Shown: positions 23,707-35,700 of the stretch, one piece after another | How positions within the stretch are numbered: position 1 is the first letter of the stretch | Layout: each line of letters begins with the position of its first letter | Source: Phallusia mammillata | Taxonomy: Eukaryota | NCBI GenBank assembly: GCA_965637545.1 | Contig: OZ281498.1 | Location: 21,018,001 to 21,082,000, forward strand | Length of the DNA stretch: 64,000 nucleotides | Direction: 5' to 3' | Made by a program: the position numbers and the translations under genes | Notes under the pieces: generated by a model | What the model was told of the DNA's origin: nothing | The model's input: the letters and a program-made list of their open reading frames with translations, nothing else | The model's database searches: none

Positions 23707-26700
23707 ATGCCGGAGAAGATATTAACCACTGGTAAGTCTGTGTTCTCTGTGACACCTTTAAGCAGGAATAACTGCGCACAAACATGTAAAATGATTCATC
23801 TTATGCGGTATTTTGTTGTTGAACTTGTACCAGTTCTTACTACAAGTCAACCCGGGTCATTTGCGCACCAAGTTCCGGTTAAATTTTTTAACTATGACGT
23901 TCGTCCAACAGGGTGTTTTAAGCCGACAAAACGGGATTTTATCTACAACTTGGCCATTGAAACTACTTTTTTGTCTCCCTTAGTTAATATGTACCATTTT
24001 ATAACGGTATACTCTTTAAAATACTAAATACAATACTTAAAAGCAAGTCAACAAGTGATAAGCTGCAGACAGTGCACACTGTTTCAGCATAGCCGGTACC
24101 ACCATTGCAGCTGGTGACAAGAGATAGGCCATTTTGGCTAGTGTACCCATCCAAAGGCACCCCAGTTTGTCTGCAGTAACGGGCAAAAAAGCCATGCCTC
24201 ACCTATTCTGTTTGAGGCCTATTGCACTGATGAGAGCTTGTAAGTCGAAACAGTGTGCATTGAATACAATTCTATTGTCTAACAAGGCGTTTTATGTTAC
24301 GTTCCTTGGAAGTATCAATTCTGTTCATAGTTAATTATGTTTTTCATGGATAACATTAAAACAATTCTTATCGCACATACGACTTTATACTTGCAATGCA
24401 ACATCACTATATTACTGTTTACTTTTAGATCCACCACAACTGGAAATTGAGGATTTTGTAAGTACAGTTAAACATAGAATTTTTTGTTTTTCTTAAATGT
24501 AACAGAATTAAATTATTGGTTACGTTTGCCATGACGCTGGCTGATTTCCCTACCCTGGCAACAGCTTATTGTTTGTCGCGTAATGCGCTAAACGATGACG
24601 GTGCAAATAACACTGTTACGTTTTGCAGGAACAATATCTGGCAACCGATGACCTGTTTGTCAACTATTTCAATGAATTTTTGGAATTGCCGGTAATATAA
24701 AATACTCGTTTTTTGAAAACAGAAAGGTTAAATTTTGTTGCCTGATTTTTGAAACATGGTGGCTGAAATCTAAAACCTCTCTTAATATATCTGAATAGGA
24801 ACACCACATAGATCTGTTTGTAAAAAAGCAACTCAAACTTTAGAATTTGCAACACAAACATTCTTTTTGCAGACATTTCCAGAACCTCTTAAATTTAACA
24901 TTGAAACTGGAGGATTTGAAGTCCTTACACCCGCTAAATATGAGCTTGCAGACAAAATCAAAGCTTATGCAAGATCACAGACTCCCATGAGCTCAGTATA
25001 TAAGGTATTAAAGCTATATTGTAACATAATAAAACATCATCAATTTCTGGATATTTATTGTCAATTTAAAAGTTTTTAGTTTTGTATTGTATTCTCAATT
25101 TTTGTGCTTTTTGTGTTATCAGACTGTTGATCATTATAATGTTGAATTAAAATGAAAAAAACTAACTTTTTACCTAAGTTTTTTTTTTGTTTCTGTCAGA
25201 ATGCAATCGCCAATCCAAAAATCAAGCTTCCACACTATGAGAGGGAAATGTTGGATGAACAAAGCAAAAAACCTGAGGAAGAAATTAAAACCAGTATTAG
25301 TGTAAAAGTAAGTTTTGTTATTTCATTATTATTTTGTACCTAATAAGAAAAATGTCTTCATGAAATTTAAGTCATTTAGGGATTGCTTTTTATCAAATTA
25401 AATGTCAATAATTTTGTTTAGTGCTTAGATAAGGAACAGGGAATAGCTTGGATCAAAGAAAACAGATTTCCAGTGTTTTTGCAAAGTGAACTTTACATGG
25501 AATATCGGTAAATAAATTATCAAATATGTTTTTTGGTATGTCATGTCCGTCTTACTGATCTGTTATTTAGTTTATGAAAGATGACACTCTCTACATTTTT
25601 TTTTATTTTCTGATGCTGATTTTTATTTTGTGTGTGTGAAATGCTTTTGGTACCCTGATTGTCTATTGTGTTTCAAGGATTTAGATTCTAAATCCTTTAT
25701 TTAAGATTATGTATTTTTTCGGGCAGGTTAGCAAAGTTGCTCGCTCAAATTGAAACAAACAAGGGTGGAATCAAATTGACCATCAACAGAGATTTTAAAC
25801 CCTGGCATAAAGCCAAGAAGGTAAACAGAAATATCAAAATCAAGGGTACCCAACAAAATGGTGGACTGTATTTTCTTTGTCTGTTGGTAAAACGTTTGAA
25901 ACAAAATCTGTTATGGTTGCACAAACAATTTAAATAAAACCAACCTGTAACTACAACATTTAGTAATTAAACTTTGTAGGAGATAAGACCACCGACACCT
26001 GTTGACCAGACTGAGGAATTGATTCAGAGACTTAGTGTAACACTTGGTTCATCAACAACCACACAAACCAGACAATGGTACAGCATTGCCAAACAGGTAA
26101 AAATTTAATATATATATTGGGTAAATTCAATTAGGGAAGCCAGATTCTTAAGCAGTGTGCCCCACATGCTGCAAAATATTCTCTTGCAAATCTCATTTTC
26201 ATATTTTAGCTGTGACATTAATTTGGGAACTAGAGCTTTGTAGTACATTACATATTTTAACTTCTCAACTCCTTTACTTTAATTCTCACTATAAAGTGAA
26301 TGAGTGATTTTTTAACAAAAAGGAGAACTTTGACAATACTGACTGGCAAAAAAATGAAACGAAAATTTTGACTGAAGTCATCCACCGTTTTTTATGCGTA
26401 GATATAAATATTTCACCGAAGCAACAAGCATCATCAGTATCTAAAAAAACTACAAACAGTGCTTGTACGCAAGTTAAACTGTAAAGCACCAACAAGACCA
26501 GTAAAAACCTGCTGACAATAACTTTAAATTGTACAGTACCACCTGTTTGCACAGCCAAAACACGCTGCAAAAGCGTCAAAAAACGCACAGGGCAAAAATG
26601 ATGGCAGGGAAATGTATAAAGTTTTGTCCACTTATGGAATTTATCGAATAAACTAAGTTTTGTCTTGTAGGTTGAGGACTCAAGTAAATTGGACAATCTT

Positions 26701-29700
26701 CCAACTCGAGTTTCGGCCCCGGTTACATTGTTACGTCGACGTGCCAGCTCTTCTCGACCAATCAGTGTCGAGAGCCGTCGCAATGACGTAGCCGATGATG
26801 CGGACTCGTACTTGGGTGACGTCATGGACCTATCAGAGGTAATGTGATATTGTAAACCCAAAACTAAGAATCTAAACAACTCGAAAAAAAAATAAAGTAT
26901 TTGATTTTTTCAGGGTCCTCCACCTGTTATAACAGCACTATCTGGCCAAGCAACTTTGTGAGTTTTTTAAGTAAATTGTTTGGAAAAAAAGTAATTGGTG
27001 TTTGTTATGATTGGTTTATAATGTTAGTTGTTAGTATTTTATAGTCACCCAACAAAATTTGCATTGATTACCATGTCCGTTTCTTTTTATGCGCGTATTT
27101 TCAATGGCGAGCTTTACGCAGCCATGTTTTAATTTGTTGCCACTGGTGTAATGCTGTTTCGAATTGAGACTAATATTATTTGGCGAAAAAGCAAAAATTA
27201 ATTTACACATTTCTATATAGAATGCATACCCAAACTGAACGTTCGCCTTCGTCTGTTACGTTCTCTCCTGCGCAACCTAGTGGCTATCCGATTCACGATG
27301 AAGAGGCCGCCAAAATAATTCCAGTCCAAATTCACTCAACAACACACGGTACTGGAATATATAAATTCATGTCAACGTTATAAAAAAAATGCATATAACA
27401 CCTTCAACTAGTTTAATTTAATTTTGCTGGTAATTACAGAAAACGCAATTAAGTCATCTATGGAAATAGTTTCATTTTTTTTCTGTGTTTCGAAAGTTTC
27501 TCTAGTATTTGTAAGTATGAATGTTTTTAAATCGTGAAACATAAAAAGCAAATCAATACTTGATTTGTCACCGACCTAACGACGTTTTTTTGGTTTCTTT
27601 TTTTTTGTGAACGTATTTGCCTTATTGCAATAGAATCATAAACAGACGAATAATAAACGTAATCGCACAACACACATAAAATGGTTGACATAGAAACACA
27701 TTCAAAGTAAACATCAAGTCATAATAAACTGAACAGACTGAGTGTGTGGTCATGCAAGTTGGACCAAATCAGTCATGCATAAAACTCAGTCAAGTACAAA
27801 TAAAGACCAATTATTAATTTCTGTTAGGGACAAATTTGAAGTTAACACTTTTATTTAATTTCTACATGAACTTTACAGTGAGTCGGGTTGTTACCATCGC
27901 ACCCGAACCTTCAGATGACGAAAGCGACCAAGGTGTCGGAAGTGAAAGTGACGAAAGCCAAGGAGAAATTGAAAAAGATGAAATAACACCACCAAGTAAT
28001 TGCATAAAAACTAGGCTTTGTTCTTGGTTTGGTATTTTAGTATTGTCATGGCGTGATACATAAAAGAACAGATATTTCTTAACTATTTTCGTGTCTTTAT
28101 TTTGCAAAGGGTGTTAATAGTTTTAAGGTGTTACAAAACCGAAGTGTAAGATTGTTTTAGTTTTTTTAATCATTATGACGTCATGCATGTATCCTACATT
28201 CTCATGACATCACTCGGTAATGTTAAATTTTAGATCTTTGGTAATTTAAAAAAAATGTAGTTTTGCAATTTTTTTGGAGATTTGAAATACGTTTTGCATT
28301 TTACTGCTTACATTGGTGTTAGTTAAAATATAAAACTTCCTTTTTTATTTTTAGAAACCTATTCCTTTGCTATTACCGGCCTCGATTCGTACGCTGGTGT
28401 TTTCGTTGCCATGGCGATAAAGGACGCGTACACAACCTTGGTTTCAAATCTCGATTCCACACAAATAAACGACGTGAATCTGGATCCAATAATTCCTCAG
28501 TCGCCACGTGGCTCAACTTTAAGCGAACTTGATCCAGCAGTAAGAGAAAAGATGTTTTTGTTGAATTAGGGAGGCATAAATCGTTTTGATAAGCATTTAA
28601 CATGGTGATCTTTAGGGGGCGTTGCTCTGTAGTGTTAAGATGACTATTTTGTGGCTGGCTTACTTGTTTGGAAAATGTGAACTTACTCTGTTATTTTTTT
28701 AGGTTTTCTCTGAAGCTTTGTTAGAACACGAAACTAAACGTCTTCAAAATAGGTTTGTACAATGATTTCCAGATTTTACCAAAAAACATTCTTCAAAATG
28801 ACCTGATCATATTTCTTATTCTTATTTACTGCAATTTGGCCAAGCTTAATGGCTTTAATTTTTTTTAAAGCAAAGATTTGCAAAGCTGAACCGTATAGGT
28901 CGGTGTGCACTGTCTGAAGCTTATCTTGTATTGATGGCTAGACGCTCTTACAAAGAATTACAGTCTGCAAAATTGTCTTGTAAATACAGCACAAAATGTG
29001 TTGTTTCATGGTTGTTTCTTATTTTCAGAGAAACACAGACATCTGATGGCGCTGTAGAGCAACCTCGGCGCAAATCAATCACATTTAAAAGCAAGGTACA
29101 GAAAAACGTCTTATAAATGACAATATATGCGGACTTTACGTCATGCTTTTGGTATGTGTAGATCGATGATGAGGTGGATTCCGTGTTCTCGGACGAAAGC
29201 AACGAATCAGAGCTTGCCACGTCACCACGAAAACTGGAACCTGCCGGTAAAATCTCAAAAAATTTCGCATTTAAATTGGGTTTAAAATGATCACTTAGGT
29301 GAATTTTCAGTCGCACGAAAAAATAGTTAGAAATAAAACGCTCGTTTGTGTTGCATTTTTATCTGTCACGGTTTGCTGCACAAAGCTGGCTTGAAACCAG
29401 TGAAACTGATTTGTGCATGTTTCTGCCGTTAAGATTCGGGCAACCTTAAAAAGTTCCGATCGTTCCTGCACGGTACAGTTGGTGAAAAGTTGTTGGATCT
29501 CTGGCTGGATATTGATAAAAGCCGATTTGGAATGAGAAATAAGAAAGTTCAAAGGTACCTGAAACAAACATAATTAACCTTACGATGTATTGCCCACGTA
29601 TTACTGCGAATATGCGAAAAAACTGTTTTAGCTTCTTCTTGTTTTTCTGTTTTATTGTGGGAACAAGCAAATAACATTTTATGAGTTAATTTGTATAAAT

Positions 29701-32700
29701 GTAATGCGTTTTGGTTAACCTGACTTTGCATTGTTAAACAAAATCAATTTCACTTGATTTTTAAACATGTGTTAGCTTTTCATATACGTCCAAAGAAATG
29801 TTTGTTGAAATTGACGAAGGTTTTTGGCTTGCAAGTGCTATTCTAATACACACAACCAACTTGATTTTTTTGTAGTTACCTACAGCGCATGCGCGAAGTT
29901 TACGTGAAAGTGGGAAGCACAAAGCGACTCCCAAACGAGGTTTTGTCCAAATACAAGCTCCTGCACGCTACCCAGTGGACAATAAATCACTTACAAAATG
30001 TTCAGAGAGACATTGTCGAACCACTGCTCTTATATTGGTGGGTTAACATCCAATTTCATTCAATTAAGTTTTAAAAAAACGTTTAAAACCAGCATAAACG
30101 CCCTTGCTGTCGCTATACTTTTACAGTTTCTTTCGATAAATTGTTTCAAAAGAAATGTTTGTTTGCAAATAATAACTGTTTGCATTGACAGATTTTTGTA
30201 TATGTCACATCACCGTTAACATAATAGCAACGTTACCAGGTTTAGCCTTTCTTTAGAATAAATTATTAGACTACATTTTTTCATGTTAAAAAATGCCACA
30301 TCGACAACCAAACTAATTGTGTTCAAAAAATTTTCGGATTAGGGCTCCGCGATTTTCAGTCCGTTACTCGTCCGAGTGGGTGGCGCCAAAGAGCAACGAA
30401 AGTGACGTCACAACCATCCGGTCACGTGCCATCCGTCCTATGTCGTCACAGTCGTACCCTTCGCCGAAGACAATCACAATTGTTCCGTTAAGACCAAGGT
30501 CCTGTTTACCACGAATTAAGGTTTGTAAATTTCGTATTGTAGAAGTTGGCAAATTCCCTTTAGGGGTTTTCCAAGTCACTAAAAAGGACAACCATAATCT
30601 TTTCTTGCCAAAAATAAAACAGACCAACTAATAACAGTATTACCTTTACACTTCACAGCATGGATTAACGGACCGGGGGCACGTCATAAGCGACTACCAC
30701 CGGTACGTCAACCGTGACGTATTCATGACGTCACTGGACCCGTCCCCGCCCCTTACCACGCCCAGTCCGATTCCCAGCTATCTGCAACCGAAGGTGAGCG
30801 CGGCTGTTGAACAAAGAAATTCGGGTGACAGGACCCCGTTCAAGCGACCTGCCTCTGCTGGGCCTTTGACCAGACGAACACTCGCAAGGCTTGAAAGATT
30901 GAAGTCGGCTGCTACTTCAAGAACAAGGTACCAATAATGTTAGGATACTGGTTGAAAAAAGTTAGAAACTTATATTTTACAAGTTTAATGAGGAAAATAA
31001 CGGCCCAGACGCAAAAAGCGACATGCTTTATTTTTCAACGTTTCGGCAAATGCTCATGCCATCATCAGTGATATGAGGGGCCATATCAGCTAAATTCTTC
31101 ATGAAACTTATGAATATGAAGTGAAAGAATCGTGTACAGTGTTTTAAATAGTGTTGACACGAATATTAATATTCCACCGTTTTCACATGTATTTGACCCC
31201 GGTGGCAAAGAAAAAAAAACAATAAATATGCTTGTTGACTTATTAATAAAAACTAAAAAACCCTATAGGTCATGATAAAGCGCAAAAAACACGAATGACT
31301 AAGGAAATATTGAAATACATAAACCTCGATTAAACGGGATTCGGTTAATCCATATATTCGCTTAATACGGACAAACTATAGATGCAAATAATTTGTAATG
31401 TGGTATAGCTTTAACTAATCGAAATAGGTTAATCTGGATCTTCGCCCAATCCGGATAAATTTAGGTTCAAATGGGTCCAGATGAACGAGGTTTACTGAAA
31501 AACGTTTTTCCTTAAATATAGTAAAAGTACTGACTACTAAATATAACTTTATTCTGTGCAATACTCATAAACTTCTAAACTTTAGAAAAAGTGCACCAAC
31601 CGTTTTTCGACCACGTGTTAAAACGTCACCAGCGAGTTCAGTGACGTCAGAATCGACGGTAAAAGGAAGTCCAGCGATGGAAAGTATGTTACAAGCTTTA
31701 CTACATGACACAAAAGCTGGATGGTTCTTCACTCGATTCTGTGAACAATCTAATAACAAGGTAACATATGTAGATTGCAATTACAAACGGGTAAAATTTG
31801 AATATGCGATTAACTGGAATCGTCCACTTGCATGATAAATATACTGCCCGTTTTAGTCGTTAAAAACGTCAATGTTTGTTTATTAAACGTTTCGACAACC
31901 ACTGTTGCAGTATATTTTTCGTTAAAAAACTCGAAGAACTATTTTTAGGGCTTTTGCTACGATTGTTGATAAAAAGAAAAATTTAGAAAAAATAATAATA
32001 ACTAAATAATATACTAGGTCGAAAACAGTATGCACTGTCTGCAGCTTATCATGTATTTGCTCAAAGCTTTCATAAAAATATTAAACTATTAATGCATTTT
32101 TTTCTATGGCCCTCATTTTACAGCAATGCGCAACGGACAAAATTCGAACTATTAATTATTTGTTTTAAATTCTACTTGAACAAGGGCCTCTAATCAGTTT
32201 GCAAAAACAAGGTCTGTAACTGCATTTTTTGACTCCATATTTGCATCTTTCTTCAGCTTTGGAGTAACTCAATTCATTTCTGGTTCAACTTGCAAGATTA
32301 CAGAAGATCTTTTTACACGGAAATTTACGATCACTTTATTATTCGAAAGAAGGCGCAGGTAAAATACTGGTCCGTTGCTTGTATGTTTCCAAATTCGTTC
32401 CCAAAATGTAAAATTCCACAATTTTTGTAGTTTCTGTCGTAACCAATGTTCCATTGACCTTATTACCACATGTGCACTACCAGAAACGTTTGCTATATAT
32501 AACTTGTACATGTGTATATATTTAAATATATACATGTATTTCTGTATAAATTGTAGTTAATTGATTCTGGCAATCATTTCCTATTCTACTACAGTTCCCG
32601 TAACGATTTTCACCTTTTATATGATATACCACCATCAGCCAATATATTTATCTATGAAAAGAAAGCTTACAGATCTTAACGTGGAAATAAATGTTTCCAA

Positions 32701-35700
32701 ACTTATGATCCATATTTAAATAATTTAATCATAAACATTATTGCCAAGGTGGTGGTGTATATAGAATACATCGTTCAGACGTTTCAACAATCTCTGTTGT
32801 CATCATCAGTGTAGGTTCAGTAATGGCAGTAATGTTTATGATTAAATTACTGTTCAAGTCCGTGTATAGTGTTCCTAAGTATATTTAAATACAACTCTAA
32901 ATATGGAAACAGGTTTCCAAAGAAACAGAATCAGTCGATAATACTTTAGAAAATATATTTTTCGCCTATTGGCATCGTCAGTTTCTTATTAAAAAAAACA
33001 GTGATCGCCGATAAGTATGCTGCCTGTCAGAGGGTTATATGCCGCTCAATCTATTGATTCTAAAGCTATATTGAAAAACATGTATATTAATGTCCTAAAA
33101 ATTGTCTCCGTTACCTGTTTTTTTTTAATGATGCTTGTACTGGGTATTCTATTTTCACCGCAGTTTAAATTTCTTAAAATTTTTGCAGACAATCTATTCC
33201 ACCTATGTAGTTGGGGGCTCCCCAGAAGACATCGAGGTCGTCATGGAAACGAGGCGTGGTATCCGCATTCGTCTTGACCCTCCCTTTGAAGATTTGTTTG
33301 ACGAAGCAGAGGAATACGTTCTCAAACTTTTAATCGTCCCATGGAATCGAATGCTTGGACTCGACCGAGACAGCTACAGAAAAGTATTGTATTTCTTATG
33401 GTTAATCATTAAAAAAGCACTTTGACAGTTTTGTTTTCAAATATAGGCTATCTTTAAAAGCCACCTTTTCCAAATATTCACCCCACGTTTACCTCACCAA
33501 AGCAAGAAATTTAAGTATAATAACTTCAGGACAATTTCCTTCAAATGACAGGCCTATATACTGGTTTCAATTAATATTTTGTTAAATGTTATCAAAAATG
33601 ATTTCAGATTGAATTGATTGACCAGGAACGAAGCTTAAATGTCACTTCAAAATACATGGCGTTCATCAACAGGAAGGGAATACTAAAAGAGGTATGTGAG
33701 TTACGTTAAAAATTGTTTGGGAACCACTGACTCCAAAAAAAACATCCTGCAATTATTTCAGAAAAAATCGTCCGTTCCAACAGAACAGCAATCCATTGAG
33801 AAATATGAAGAAGATTTGTGGCTGAAAGTTTCCGAAGAATTCCGAACTTTTACTTTTGACGAACTCGTGAGAAATCGGATTGAACTCGAACATTTCCGAA
33901 AATTCCTGGACGAACATTTTGTCAAGTACGCTTATCAACTTTTACCATATGAAAGTTGCGAGTATTGTTATTATGTATTCACGGGTGAACGAGTAATGGT
34001 ACTCGCATATTGATGATACTTGCAGAGTACTGAGATTATGTGCACACCAGTACTCTCCCAATATCAAGTATTTGTCAAAATGACTCCCTAAAAAAATTAG
34101 TCAACATTGTTTGTTAGTCACTATACTAATATACATAATACTATTTGTATTACGAGTATTAGTCAACTTTATTGAGAGAATATTCTCAAAAAATATCGAA
34201 TAATGAGTTTCTTGAGACATTACCTGAGTACGTTGAGTAGTCAATAAAAAATATTTACGCCCAAATTACGAGTTATTGGCAATTGATTAAACGTATTTAA
34301 AGATATATTATTATACTTCATTCAATCTCCTCGCAGGACTGATTTGCTATGTTGGTTGGACATTGAATCTTTCAAACGGCTTCCTCACCAGGCAAGCGAA
34401 AAACGCGACGAAAAAGCGAAGGAAATAAAAACGAAATATCTCCACAAAAAGTATTTCTTCGGCCCAAACAGCCCCGCTACCAAAGACGAACAAAATCAGG
34501 TATGTAGAGAAATATCAAAAGTTTGCTTATGTCCAAAAAATAATAAAATTTTATAGATTTCCACTTTTTATTGCACAAATCCAAGTCTAGTGATTTTTGT
34601 TACCTTTTAAACCCAAATTAGGATTCGGCCACTTCGGTTAACCCAAAATCAATGTTTAATTTGGGACTTTTGTTTATTACAACATTAAACCATTCGCAAC
34701 AGAATTTTCAAAGCAGGTAAACTAAATGAAATCGGACTTAAACTTGTTCTGCCAAAACCACAAGTTCAAATCCAAGTCTAATGCCTTGGCTTAAATTATT
34801 ACTTTTTACGCCACTTTAAACAATTGCTGTAAAGGCCACTACTATACCAAATTTTCGGGCACTGGTATCATAAACAAGTCAACTTCTTTGTACAGGCGGT
34901 GTTAGCTGGCGGTGGGTGGGGTCGAACTCTTAAGGAACGACCAACCACCGAACTTATCATCGAAGTACAGAAGTATGTTAAGAAGCGGATCGATAATAGA
35001 TGGCTACCACTGTTTCTCGCAACAGAAGAATTCATGGTATGAATTAAACCCAAACAGTCAATAGATCATTGTTGAGACAATGCATTAATCGAGCAGATTG
35101 AATTGCTTAATTTTTCTCTGTACATTAGCACAAGAACATAAATACCGAGGTTTGCTTATAATCTGTCCAATAATGTTTCCCAATGTTTCTCTCTTTTCCA
35201 GTACTTTTGTTAATCCAGTTCAGAAACGTGACAATTTATGTTGTTATTAATATGTGTCCCTATTTGATTCCAAATTTGCTGCAGCGATCCGATATATATT
35301 TAACAATCAGGCGATAAATCGCATACTACCAGGTCACATGACCGTTATTTTACGTCACAGGAACGTCAGAGACCGAAATCTCAGATGTCGGAAGTTGCCG
35401 AAGATGTGGTTTTGCAGAAAAAGAAGAAACGTGGTGAACCGTGGCGGGTATGCATTATGACGTGATATATATGATCTTTATGTAATATATATATATACAA
35501 TCTTCATCATTTGAAAAGTAAATCCGATATGAAGATGTTATGGTATGTTTTATAATTATTTACTAAATCCCTAACCTTAGCATGGTATTCGACTATATAA
35601 AGGAAAGTAAATAGGATATATTGTAAATTAGTAATTAGGCTGGGTCATATAGCGAGTCTGCATGAGAACCGCTGCATTATAATATTGGGCCATTATTATA

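Noticed and set aside
26404-26441. CTGATGA...GAAATATT on the minus strand
   Set aside because: Stems I and II pair poorly and it matches neither repeat family; could be chance.
26289-26879. 196-aa minus-strand ORF, the longest in the track
   Set aside because: Overlaps RGS22 exon 9 antisense plus AT-rich intron; no recognisable domain or splice support.
30793-30799. Strong internal donor AAG|GTGAGC in RGS22 exon 20
   Set aside because: Phase 0 versus the phase-2 acceptor of the next exon; its use would frameshift, so it is not modelled.
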